Positions 10,279-19,772 of a DNA stretch of 64,000 nt are shown piece after piece (position 1 is the stretch's first letter; every line of letters starts with the position of its first letter). The position numbers and the translations under genes are program-made. Location: the NCBI GenBank assembly GCA_963807605.1, contig CAWECG010000003.1, positions 96,001-160,000 of the forward strand, in the 5' to 3' direction. This DNA is from Candidatus Bathyarchaeota archaeon. GTDB taxonomy: Archaea > Thermoproteota > Bathyarchaeia > 40CM-2-53-6 > RBG-13-38-9. Under the pieces are notes generated by a model. It made no database searches. It was not told the origin of the DNA and saw only the letters and a list, made by a program, of their open reading frames with translations.

Positions 10279-11952
10279 GTGGGAAGATGGATCGTAAACG
10301 CAGCTTGGCCCTATGTCAACTCCGTCCCTCACCTGGGAACTTTTATCCATCTCCTCGCGGCGGACGTCTTCACCAGGTACCTACGTCTGAAAGGCGAAGA
10401 CGTCATTACAGTCACAGGATCAGATGAGCATGGAACACCCATAGAGGTGGAAGCCCTCAAACAAGGCATAGAACCTAGACAACTAACCGACCACTACCAC
10501 AACCTGATATTGGATTTGCTTGAGAAATACTCCATATCATTCGACAACTATACCCGAACAGAATCGCCAACCCATATCAAATTCACCCAGTCCTTCTACC
10601 TCAAACTCTATGAGAACGGCTACATCTTCAAAAAAGAGGTTGAACTTCTACACTGCGAAAAATGCGATCGGTTCCTCCCAGACCGATTTGTGCAAGGAAC
10701 CTGCCCATTTTGCGGGTCCCAAAATGCACGTGGAGACCAATGTGAAGACTGTGGAAGAGTTTTAGACTCCACTGAGCTAGTGAATCCGCGATGCATATTC
10801 TGCGATTCAACACCTACTGTCAAGTCTTCCCTCCACTGGTTCTTTGACCTGCCGAAGTTTGAAATAGAGATCAAGCGATACCTCACTGAGAACAGACAAC
10901 TCCCAGACAACGCCAGGAACTTCTCACTGAGATGGCTTAAGGAAGGGCTGAAACCTAGGGCACTGACACGTGACAATAAGTGGGGAGTTCCGTCCCCCTT
11001 TCCAGGATCCGAGGGGAAGACTATCTACGTCTGGATGGAGGCTGTCCTAGGATACATCTCAGCCTCGATAGAACTAGGCGAGAGAAAGGGCAATCCAGAC
11101 CTCTGGAGAGATTACTGGCTGAATGAATCGACTAAGAACGTTCATTTCATTGGGAAAGATAATATCCCCTTCCACACAATTATACTCCCAGCTCTCCTTC
11201 TGGGCAGTCCTGAAAAATACATCCTCCCTTGGGAAGTCTCCTCAACAGAATTCGTACTATACGAGGGCCAGGGAAAATTCTCTAAGAGCCGGCGGATAGG
11301 GGTTTGGATTGATGATGCTCTAAGAATAGCTGAGTCAGAGTATTGGAGGTATATTCTGATCGCCATGAGACCAGAGGCTAAAGATGCTAACTTCACGTGG
11401 AAAGAGTTTGAAAGACACATAAATACGGAGCTAAACGACATATTAGGGAATTTCATACACAGGACGCTGACATTTGTCAGGTCTAATTTTGGCGGTCGTA
11501 TTCCAGCGGTAGGGGAACTCTCCTCATCGGATAGAAGTCTAACTGAGAGAGTCTACGAGAGTCCTTTGACTGTAGGTCGCCTGATGGACCATTTTAGGCT
11601 CAGGGATGCGTTGGCCGCAGTCCTTGAGTTAGCCAGATCTGGAAACGAGTATCTAAGCGAGAGGGAACCATGGCATTTAATCAAAACTGACAAGCAAGAG
11701 GCTGCTACCGTAATCAATTTGTGTAGTCAATCCGTCCGATCACTTGCGATTCTCTTGTATCCATTTATGCCCCAAACCGCGAATGCGATCTGGAAACAAC
11801 TAGAGGCTGGAGGGAGACTCGAAGAGCAGCGTTGGGAGGATGCCGGAAGCCTATTACTCAACCCAAACCACCCGATTGGCGAGTCTCGACCACTTTTCCA
11901 TAAGGTAAACGCCAAAGAGATAGAGAAGATGTGGAACTCAGCTACCCCCTGA
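10279..11952 (+). CDS. metG: Methionyl-tRNA synthetase (short form without C-terminal tRNA-binding domain)
   Basis: PYVNSVPHLG (HIGH-like), GSDEHGTPI, Zn knuckles and KFSKS. Confidence 0.95.
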   Translation: MGRWIVNAAWPYVNSVPHLGTFIHLLAADVFTRYLRLKGEDVITVTGSDEHGTPIEVEALKQGIEPRQLTDHYHNLILDLLEKYSISFDNYTRTESPTHIKFTQSFYLKLYENGYIFKKEVELLHCEKCDRFLPDRFVQGTCPFCGSQNARGDQCEDCGRVLDSTELVNPRCIFCDSTPTVKSSLHWFFDLPKFEIEIKRYLTENRQLPDNARNFSLRWLKEGLKPRALTRDNKWGVPSPFPGSEGKTIYVWMEAVLGYISASIELGERKGNPDLWRDYWLNESTKNVHFIGKDNIPFHTIILPALLLGSPEKYILPWEVSSTEFVLYEGQGKFSKSRRIGVWIDDALRIAESEYWRYILIAMRPEAKDANFTWKEFERHINTELNDILGNFIHRTLTFVRSNFGGRIPAVGELSSSDRSLTERVYESPLTVGRLMDHFRLRDALAAVLELARSGNEYLSEREPWHLIKTDKQEAATVINLCSQSVRSLAILLYPFMPQTANAIWKQLEAGGRLEEQRWEDAGSLLLNPNHPIGESRPLFHKVNAKEIEKMWNSATP

Positions 11953-11956
11953 CAAG

Positions 11957-12601
11957 ATGGAAGAGATGTTACTCAGGATAGATACCCACGTTCACACAAC
12001 AAATTCCCCAGATGGATCAGTTGAGGCTGGGCAGATACCTCAGGTACTTCGGTTGAAGAGGTTAGATGGAGTAGCTGTCACGGACCACGACAGATTCTTT
12101 GATCAAGAGATCAAAGGGATAATTGTCATCCCAGGGATCGAAGTGAGCACCAAACAGGGCCACCTCCTCGGGTTGGGAGATGTGGGCGAAATAAGCACTG
12201 GGCTGTCTGTTGATGAGACTGTAAGGATCATTCACGGCAGAGGTGGTGTAGCAATACTCGCTCATCCTTATGATGTTATTCGGGGCGGTATTAGGCCGTC
12301 GCAGGTCACTGAAAGGCTTGATGGAATCGAGACTATCAACTCGAAAGCCCATCCTTACAGCCTCTCAAAACACCTTGCTGAGAAAGCTGCTAAAGAATTG
12401 AGCGTCCCAATGTTCGGTGGTAGCGACTCGCACACGCTTGAGACGATTGGAGATGCATATACCTGCATTGAGTCAAGATCTGGATCAGTAGTGGATATTC
12501 TCCATGCGATGAATACGGGGAAGGTTTACGCGCGTGGCGGCCCATCAGGAGGCATCAAGCAGTTGAAACGCGTTGGAGCCGGGATCAGACGCAGACTCTA
12601 G
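11957..12601 (+). CDS. PHP-domain metal-dependent phosphoesterase
   Basis: DTHVHT, VTDHD, GIEV, AHP and GGSDSH. Confidence 0.88.
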   Translation: MEEMLLRIDTHVHTTNSPDGSVEAGQIPQVLRLKRLDGVAVTDHDRFFDQEIKGIIVIPGIEVSTKQGHLLGLGDVGEISTGLSVDETVRIIHGRGGVAILAHPYDVIRGGIRPSQVTERLDGIETINSKAHPYSLSKHLAEKAAKELSVPMFGGSDSHTLETIGDAYTCIESRSGSVVDILHAMNTGKVYARGGPSGGIKQLKRVGAGIRRRL

Positions 12602-12859
12602 GCGAAGTGGAAGAGGGATGTCGCGGGACGATAGTTCAGTACTTAGCGCTCGCACTCGACTTCGCAGAATCTTGACTTGTTCAGGATTGCAGACATTACC
12701 TAGATGTCGCTTCTGTTCGAGGCATATCCAAAGCTCTCAAAGTAGACTGCTTTGCATCCCTACTCCCATATGGTGTATCGACGGAGTCCCTAGCTTTCTC
12801 AGAGCCGATTCCACGCCGCTGCAAGTAAGCTTTCAAGTGGCAAATACTGGTCCAGTGCC

Positions 12860-13153
12860 CTAGCGGATTCCTCCGCCGACTGGTGGGATGATGGCAAAGG
12901 CGCATCCATCATACAGGGGGGTTTCAGTTCCATTGATCATGGCAATATTCTTCCCATCTATGAGGAAGTTAAGATTGGGCGATATCTCCTCTCTGCTTTT
13001 GGCAAAGATGTAATCGCAGATGGGCGCTCCGTACCTTTCGGATAATATGCCGAGAAGATCTCTAACTGTGGCTCTCTCAGGCACCTCGAAGGTCTCTTCA
13101 CTCTTTCCCACTATTTCTCTCACACCAGCAAAGTATCTTACCTTAACCTTCAT
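12860..13153 (-). CDS. MoaD/ThiS/SAMP ubiquitin-like protein
   Basis: MKVKVRYFA...PPVGGG beta-grasp signature; ends GGG-IR-stop. Confidence 0.88.
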   Translation of the reverse strand: MKVKVRYFAGVREIVGKSEETFEVPERATVRDLLGILSERYGAPICDYIFAKSREEISPNLNFLIDGKNIAMINGTETPLYDGCAFAIIPPVGGGIR

Positions 13154-13287
13154 GGGAGAAACCTGGCGAGACCTTCTTTCACCATTTTGTGGTGACAATC
13201 TAATAAATCAAGTGTCTACATAACAGGATTTGTAGGAATCAAAGATCTTAAAGTAAGAATCAGTGAAAAACTAAAGGGGTTGGATCA

Positions 13288-14088
13288 TTGGTCACGGCAG
13301 GGAGGAGGATAGATCCGTCTGCAGTAGTGAGTGAGTCAGCAAAGGTCGGACTAGGTTGCTGTATTGAAGCGGGAGTCGAGATAATGGGTGGCGCAAAACT
13401 TGAAGACTCTGTATGGTTGGATTCGAATGTTACCATCTACGGAGACGTTACCATCAAGGAGTCGGCCTATATTGGGAAGGGCTGTATTGTAGGTCACCCA
13501 AAACGGCAAGATCTCAAGAAGATGATCAAGAGCAGGGTAAAGGAGGTGGCCTTCTCCGGGCGTTCAATTCTAGGAAGGAGATCCACCATGAGATCAGGCT
13601 CAATAGTTTATTCTGATGTGGCTGTTGGCGACAATGTGGAATTAGGTCACAATGTAATAATCCGAGAGCAGTCAAGTATAGGAGATAACTCGTTGATTGG
13701 AACCAATGTTGTAATTGATGGCGAGACAACAGTAGGGAAAGGTGTCTCCATACAAACGGGTGTATATATTTGCAGAAGATCAACGATTGAAGACTTCGTC
13801 TTTCTCGGACCCTATTGCATATTCACAAACGACAAGTATGCGATGCAGAGAGAGACGGACCTCAAGGGGCCAATTGTTAAGAAAGGTGCCAGCATAGGAG
13901 CCAACTCAACACTAATGCCCGGAGTGACTGTCGGTGAAGGTGCAGTCGTTGGGGCCCACGCTGTTGTAACAAGGAATGTCCCAGCTGGGACGATGTTCTT
14001 GGGAGTTCCCGCACGTCAAGTGAAGAGAGTTCCTGAGGGTTGGAGGTCACTCCTGGAAGAGCGGCACCGGAGAGCAACTATTCTCTAA
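13288..14088 (+). CDS. Left-handed beta-helix (hexapeptide repeat) acyltransferase
   Basis: Many [LIV]G hexapeptides, FTND and GVPAR. Confidence 0.88.
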   Translation: MVTAGRRIDPSAVVSESAKVGLGCCIEAGVEIMGGAKLEDSVWLDSNVTIYGDVTIKESAYIGKGCIVGHPKRQDLKKMIKSRVKEVAFSGRSILGRRSTMRSGSIVYSDVAVGDNVELGHNVIIREQSSIGDNSLIGTNVVIDGETTVGKGVSIQTGVYICRRSTIEDFVFLGPYCIFTNDKYAMQRETDLKGPIVKKGASIGANSTLMPGVTVGEGAVVGAHAVVTRNVPAGTMFLGVPARQVKRVPEGWRSLLEERHRRATIL

Positions 14089-14119
14089 TGCAACTGAGCT
14101 TGGGTTTCCTACGCGGAGA

Positions 14120-14515
14120 CTAGGCTTTCTCGACCTTGATTCTCTCTCCATCCTTGACCTTATTGAAGACTCTGGCATCGCCAACGATTCTTCCGAAGAC
14201 ATTAACAGAGCTTGCGGCCACAGGTTTGTTGCCGCTACTTGCGGGTGTTTTTCCGAAGAATATGCAGAAACAATTTCCAGCGGGCCAGTATCCGCAGTCA
14301 CCCACCTCAACCTCACACTGTCCCTTCTCGTCACTGACATTTACTGGAATACTGAAGTAGACTTCCTCGCCCCACGTACTTGCTCTGGACTCAAAAGGAA
14401 GACTATCAAGTATAGCCTTGGCGGTTTTAGGGTTCCTCTCGTCAAGTACTTCGGCCTCAACGTAGCCGGTACTAGGAGTATGGATTTTTATTCTTGTCGA
14501 CATAAGATTCACCAA
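14120..14515 (-). CDS. Cyclophilin-like fold protein (DUF369-type)
   Basis: NPKTA...LP...WGEEVYF...YWPAG..FCIFFG.TP. Confidence 0.85.
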   Translation of the reverse strand: MVNLMSTRIKIHTPSTGYVEAEVLDERNPKTAKAILDSLPFESRASTWGEEVYFSIPVNVSDEKGQCEVEVGDCGYWPAGNCFCIFFGKTPASSGNKPVAASSVNVFGRIVGDARVFNKVKDGERIKVEKA

Positions 14516-14749
14516 TTCACCATTTTGGTTTCGGAAATATATAAGACTGTAACATGTGTTGACCAGGCCCTTTTTTCCTTGGAGCTGATCGAGCTCGGAT
14601 CCTCAGGTGTGAGGTAGTGTTCCACGGTGAGAGCGTAGCAGCCAAATTTCTGACTTTAAAAATGTCTCGATTACTCCGCCACCATTCTTGAAAGAGAACT
14701 GTCAGGGCTCTGCCCACTTCAAACCCTCAATTCTCCTTAGCGCGCGAAG

Positions 14750-15073
14750 TCATTTCTGGCCTTGTGGAGGGGTAGGTCTGACCTCCACCTTCATGACGTT
14801 TTCCTTATCTTGTCCTACTATTCTCCATTTGGCTTTCACGAGAATATCAACATCTTTCTCGATTTTTGATGAAGCCACAAAAGTTCCCGTTGCACGCCCT
14901 TTGGGATCAGTCTTGACTTTTTCAGCTTCCATCGAGCCCGCATCTTTCGGCTCAACCTCGAAGGATATTTCTACGCCCGCGATACCTCTCCCACTCTCCT
15001 GTATCTCAATAGTGAATACACTCTTCTCTCCAGGGCGTATCGTCCGGGGTTCTCTCATCATAGACCAATTCAA
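14750..15073 (-). CDS. Small beta-sandwich (Ig-like) hypothetical protein
   Basis: Alternating beta-strand pattern and a TDPKGRA motif resembling Big_1-type domains; GGTGA SD upstream. Confidence 0.6.
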   Translation of the reverse strand: MNWSMMREPRTIRPGEKSVFTIEIQESGRGIAGVEISFEVEPKDAGSMEAEKVKTDPKGRATGTFVASSKIEKDVDILVKAKWRIVGQDKENVMKVEVRPTPPQGQK

Positions 15074-15118
15074 TTAAGAGTCACCTACAGATCTCCATTC
15101 CCTCCAGTTCTGGAATAT

Positions 15119-15148
15119 AAAAAGAAAGTGCCAGCATTCGTAATGCTG
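15119..15148 (-). terminator. Hairpin plus U-tract downstream of the 50-aa peptide gene
   Basis: CAGCATT-CGT-AATGCTG stem (15132-15148) followed on the minus strand by CTTTCTTTTT. Confidence 0.45.
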
Positions 15149-15166
15149 ACTACGATGGGCTAGGTC

Positions 15167-15319
15167 TTAGCACCAGAAGGGTAAGAACGGATAATAAAAG
15201 GGCGTCGGGGAGCAGTAGTAGGGAATTGGGTAGTAGCAGGAAGACATCCAAGGATAAGCCCACATATATGGCATAGTCCACGTGTACGGCCAACATCCTC
15301 CGAATGGATAAACGAACAT
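15167..15319 (-). CDS. 50-aa Tyr/Pro/Trp/Cys-rich peptide (below the ORF-track cutoff)
   Basis: MFVYPFGGCWPYTWTMPYMWAYPWMSSCYYPIPYYCSPTPFYYPFLPFWC*; AGGTGA SD 5 nt upstream of the ATG; terminator-like structure downstream. Confidence 0.65.
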   Translation of the reverse strand: MFVYPFGGCWPYTWTMPYMWAYPWMSSCYYPIPYYCSPTPFYYPFLPFWC

Positions 15320-15504
15320 CACAATCACCTACAAAACATGGAGTGTTCCCGCGTATTTTTCAAGGTTTCTAAAACCGTCAAACAATAAAGCAATGAAGGG
15401 GGCTACATCATATGTCAAATCAAGAGCTTTAAGCGACGGTTGAGGATTCAACTTAGCCGTGACAGAAACCGCTAAGGGTATCTTGTTGGCAACTATTTGG
15501 TGAG

Positions 15505-16074
15505 TTGACGATGGTAGACTTTAGAAGAATAGGAGATCATCACCTGAGAAGGCTGGCTTCAGACTATCCTGAGTCGGCCAGCTATCCAGGAGCTTTGGAA
15601 CAGAAGATCTTGATCATCTGGAACTTTCTTACCGAGAGATCTACAAGCTCCATTGAAGCTTACGGTATTGAATTGAAAGAAGGCGCCAAGAAGGAGCTTG
15701 AGAGGAGGCTCGAGGAGGAGAGACGTCGAAGGGCTGAGTATGAAGCCAAGGAAGCAAAGAGAAGGACTGCTCTAATAAAGAAACTGAACCGCTGGCTAAT
15801 GGGAATGGAAGATCCCATATCACTCATAGAAGAGACAGGACACCTCCAATGGAAATGCCCAGTTTGCGGCAACAAAGCAAAGTTCGACCTTAAGGACTAC
15901 ATCGATGACGTATCGAAGGGGAAGTTGGCGCTTATAACCTGGTCTTGCGCAGGGAAGGACGTAGTTGAAGGCCCGAACCACTGGGGATTGACCCGCGAGA
16001 TCAGGCTCGCCCAAGGCGAGGAGATAAGCAAAAAGATACTCGAAGGAAGGCGAAAGTCAAGCGCGGAACACTAA
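15505..16074 (+). CDS. Hypothetical protein with charged coiled coil and CPVC knuckle
   Basis: 189-aa ORF with E/R/K-rich helix, WKCPVCG and later C/H residues. Confidence 0.65.
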   Translation: MTMVDFRRIGDHHLRRLASDYPESASYPGALEQKILIIWNFLTERSTSSIEAYGIELKEGAKKELERRLEEERRRRAEYEAKEAKRRTALIKKLNRWLMGMEDPISLIEETGHLQWKCPVCGNKAKFDLKDYIDDVSKGKLALITWSCAGKDVVEGPNHWGLTREIRLAQGEEISKKILEGRRKSSAEH

Positions 16075-16280
16075 GCAACCAAATCGATACCGCCTATCGG
16101 GACGCTTAGAGTCGGTTTTACAGTCCAGGGATCTTCAGTCTATAGCAGTTATCAAAGATTGATCCACCCTGTTTGGCCATCGAGTTTCCAAAAAAAACGA
16201 CCTCCAAAACAAGATATATTAGCAAGATATTCTGTGTAAGCCTGCAACCAATATCAAGATTGGATTCAAAGTGACGTGTC

Positions 16281-17975
16281 TTGTCTCGACTTCCTGCTTT
16301 GACAATTATCATATTAATAGCGATATCCTCACTACTCAGTTCTACTAGCTGTTCAACAGAAGTTTATATCTCAAAGGCCAGCAGGCTGATGAATATAAAC
16401 AACTTCGGAATCACCACAATTACAGATGCCTTGACGGTGGCAAATAACGGAACAAGCCAGATAGAAACGCTATATTTCGGCTTTCCAAAGACCTATGCCA
16501 GCGGTCTTGAATCACTTGAAGCTCAGGGGCCCTCAGGCGAAGCCTTGAAGACAGAGAGGATAGTTAACGAATCCTCGACCAACTACATGGTTAGCTGCAG
16601 TCTAGCCAAATCCCTTGCCCCAGGAAGCACATACGAGATCAGATTAAGATCAGTCTTTTCCAACTTGGTATCATATAGTGGCAATGAGTTTGTCTTCTCT
16701 TACGTAGCTTACCCAACCCTTCCGGTGAGGGCACAAGTCTACAACTCGACCATAATCTTTCCAAAGGGCTCAACCCCCACGCAATGGCCCAACAAGACTT
16801 ACACGGCGACCAACGTCGGAGGTCAGCCCGCGCTGAATGGCACTCAGAGGCCGCTAGAACCCTTTTCAACAGTAGATATCTCAATCAGATACTCGAATGA
16901 TGCTCAACAACTGATCTCTTTCAAATCTGTCAAGAGAGAGATTACGATTTCCCCCAGCGGCGAAGTGACTTCAAAAGATACGTACTCGGTATTCAATTTC
17001 GGGTCGGAACTGAATGCCTTAACACTCCCACGCCCCCAGAACATAAGCCAAATAATGCTCTATGACTCAGCCGGGGCCATTGAGGATAGACTTCAAGCCC
17101 AGAATGACACTATAAGCGTCGCGCCGCGATTCGGAAAGTTGCCAGGAGAAACCTCATTCACCTTCAGACTCGAATACAATTTAGCCCAGCAAGACGACTT
17201 AAAGAGGTTGGAATGGCCTGGAAGATACCGATTCTCAGTTGAGACAGTCCCCCCCCGCGAATATCTAACCGAGGAGTACCTCGTCAACGTATCTCTGCCA
17301 AGAGGATCTAAGTCCGAAGTAGCATCACCACCACCGAATGCAACAACTCTCCTTCCAGACGGCGTTGAGGTCCTGACCTATAACCTCGATCGGCTCCTGC
17401 CGGGCCAAGCTAGTGCGACAGCTGTTGAATATAGTTATCCGATCTTCACACCTTCGATATACCCGCTCCAGTGGGTCTTTTCTCTAGAAGTAATCGTCGG
17501 AGCCTTTGCTGCTGCTGTTCTCCTCAAGAGGCCGACGAAAGCCGCTCCATCGGCTCCACTTGAGAAGATCAGAAGATTCATAGAACTTCAGGACGAGAAG
17601 AGGGCTTTGAGGCTCGAATTGGAAAAGAGAAGTGAAGAACTTGGAAGAGGAGCAGTTACAAAGCAAGATTACCGCAGACGAAGAAGATTGATTGAGACCC
17701 GGCTCAGCGAGATCAACAGATCCTTGGCGACATTGAAGACTGAGATCAAGGCCGTCGACCCAAGATATGACCAGATGACAAGGAGACTTGAGAAGGCTGA
17801 AGGAGAAGTAGATGCGCTACGTGCAAGCGAGAGTCAGATCACAAGTCAATACAGGTCAGGCCGGATAAGCAAGGAGGTTTATGAATCACTGGTGAGCGAC
17901 TTGAGGAAACGGATCGAGAAGGCCAAGGACACGGTCGACAGGACAATCATAACTCTCAGAGAAGAAGTAAGGTAA
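16281..17975 (+). CDS. Ribophorin I (OST1/RPN1)-like membrane protein
   Basis: Signal peptide, two beta-rich domains, one TM helix and a C-terminal helical region. VKREITISPSGEV, YDSAG, PRFG...YNL and VNVSLPRG resemble the corresponding RPN1 segments. Confidence 0.75.
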   Translation: MSRLPALTIIILIAISSLLSSTSCSTEVYISKASRLMNINNFGITTITDALTVANNGTSQIETLYFGFPKTYASGLESLEAQGPSGEALKTERIVNESSTNYMVSCSLAKSLAPGSTYEIRLRSVFSNLVSYSGNEFVFSYVAYPTLPVRAQVYNSTIIFPKGSTPTQWPNKTYTATNVGGQPALNGTQRPLEPFSTVDISIRYSNDAQQLISFKSVKREITISPSGEVTSKDTYSVFNFGSELNALTLPRPQNISQIMLYDSAGAIEDRLQAQNDTISVAPRFGKLPGETSFTFRLEYNLAQQDDLKRLEWPGRYRFSVETVPPREYLTEEYLVNVSLPRGSKSEVASPPPNATTLLPDGVEVLTYNLDRLLPGQASATAVEYSYPIFTPSIYPLQWVFSLEVIVGAFAAAVLLKRPTKAAPSAPLEKIRRFIELQDEKRALRLELEKRSEELGRGAVTKQDYRRRRRLIETRLSEINRSLATLKTEIKAVDPRYDQMTRRLEKAEGEVDALRASESQITSQYRSGRISKEVYESLVSDLRKRIEKAKDTVDRTIITLREEVR

Positions 17976-18109
17976 TTACGTCCGCTTCCAAACTTGACTT
18001 GTCTTTTCACAGTTGTTTGATGTTTGGCCTTGGACATAAATGTCCACTACGGCCCTTCTGATAGACCGAGCCCCTGTTACACCAGTCGCGCGCGTCGCAA
18101 CCAGACAGA

Positions 18110-19594
18110 TCAAGGTGAATATCTGAAGGGATGCTTCGCCATCTCACTATCCCTAAGAAGTTCCTCTACTGTTGGTCTACCTTCGACGGCCTTTCTAGTC
18201 GCGTGTCTCATAGCTTTGTAGTTGTTTATGTAGACCCGTTTTCTATCCACTGCAGAGGGATGAACAAAAACATTCGTTATTACGATCAGTTCGTCGACGA
18301 CAGCCTCAGGTAGCGTGCCGTCGCCCACACAGTCCATAACTGCCTTTGCAACAGCTGCTTGAGCAGGACCGTAGACCATGCTCGCCTGCCGCATATTCTT
18401 AATTGTCACTGTCGGAATGATCAGGGTTGTCGGCTTGACAGCGAGATTTGGTTCAAGGATGGCGATCAGTGGTTCGTGACCTGCAGAGGGCGTTGCCCTA
18501 GCCTTTGCGAAGGCTTCCGCCAAGGGACCGTCCCTACTTCCCAACATCACTTCTATGTGAGCAACCTCGGGGCCCGACCCCGCAAGTGACTCTCCGGTCT
18601 TGAGTCTAAAGTTCTTGACGAATTCATCTGTGACACCTATTTTGGCAAATCCCTCAGCTACAAGTTTGGGAGACTCAACTTCTGCTGCGGTAGATTTCAC
18701 TTTTAGTTTCCCAATCTTCTCCAAGTCGATCCTCAACTCTTCCATATCCTCGTAAGTCAACTCTCCTCCAACAGATAGCGGCAGCCTAACGGGCCCCACT
18801 TTGACTCCTAACATGTTGAGCGCAGCCTTAGACCCAACTGGACCGCTTCGAGCTGTGATTCTGGCAATCTTCTGGATCCCCAGTTGAGTCACCCGTCCTG
18901 AATTGAGGTCTCCCTTCTTCACTGCATCATAGACTTTGACCCAGACATCAGGTATGAAATTCGCACTCGCAAGGATCATACCTGATGCTCCGACTGCAAG
19001 TGCTGGAAGGACAACTTCGTCGTGCCCGCATAGCACCGAGAGCCTAGAGCCTGTCTTCTCGAAGACAGAGAGCATGTATCTTAGTTCTCCACTGCTATCC
19101 TTGAGTCCAATTATGTTAGGAATCTCAACAAGGTCTTCCACCATCTGCCAGCTTAGGTTCACACCAGTGGCTTGGGGGATATTGTATAAGATAATTGGAA
19201 GATCAACTGCCTCAGTCAGTGTTCTGTAATGTTCGTAGATCCCCCTATCCATGGGCTTGTGATAGTATGGCGTAACCACAAGGGCAGCATCAGCACCAAC
19301 ATCTTTAGCGTGTCGTGTCAACTCTATGGTTAGTTTGGTGCTGCTGTGTCCAGTCCCGGCTATGACAGGGATCCTCCCTTTAGCCTGGTCCACCACGATC
19401 TCAATGACCTTCTTTCTCTCATCCAATGAGAGGTTCTGAAATTCACCCGTTGTACCGCATGGTACCAAGGCTGAGACGCCCCGCTCAATAACGTAGTCGA
19501 CTAACCCTCTAAGCCGTCTTTCGTCTACCTGGTTTCCATCATCAGTAAAGGGGGTTACAAGAGCCGGCATTACACCCTGAGGTCTGAACACCAT
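18110..19594 (-). CDS. Fusion of a DapA/NAL-family aldolase (aa 1-~295) with formaldehyde-activating enzyme Fae (aa ~331-494)
   Basis: Aldolase part: LVTPF, GTTGE, LYNIP, GLKDS. Fae part: GESLAG..PEVAHI, KPTTLIIP.VTIK, GPAQAAVAKAV, NY, KHPF. One continuous reading frame. Confidence 0.9.
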   Translation of the reverse strand: MVFRPQGVMPALVTPFTDDGNQVDERRLRGLVDYVIERGVSALVPCGTTGEFQNLSLDERKKVIEIVVDQAKGRIPVIAGTGHSSTKLTIELTRHAKDVGADAALVVTPYYHKPMDRGIYEHYRTLTEAVDLPIILYNIPQATGVNLSWQMVEDLVEIPNIIGLKDSSGELRYMLSVFEKTGSRLSVLCGHDEVVLPALAVGASGMILASANFIPDVWVKVYDAVKKGDLNSGRVTQLGIQKIARITARSGPVGSKAALNMLGVKVGPVRLPLSVGGELTYEDMEELRIDLEKIGKLKVKSTAAEVESPKLVAEGFAKIGVTDEFVKNFRLKTGESLAGSGPEVAHIEVMLGSRDGPLAEAFAKARATPSAGHEPLIAILEPNLAVKPTTLIIPTVTIKNMRQASMVYGPAQAAVAKAVMDCVGDGTLPEAVVDELIVITNVFVHPSAVDRKRVYINNYKAMRHATRKAVEGRPTVEELLRDSEMAKHPFRYSP

Positions 19595-19772
19595 AGACCG
19601 ATCACTTAGACAGCATTAGCCCTGTCAAATAATGGGAGACTTAATAAAACTAGCTTAGGCTAAGCAGAGATGAAAAGCCGGATTCTTGGAATTTGGAAAG
19701 TCGGTGAAGCCGGCTATGTAAGCTTATCCCAAGTATTTGATTTATGATGGTTTCAAGCGGGTTCTGCAGCTA

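Noticed and set aside
12573-12905. Short ORFs between the PHP and SAMP genes
   Set aside because: They overlap neighbours, with no SD or recognisable motif.
18110-19594. Plain dapA annotation
   Set aside because: It lacks the DHDPS Arg, carries a Fae domain and has no lysine-pathway neighbours.
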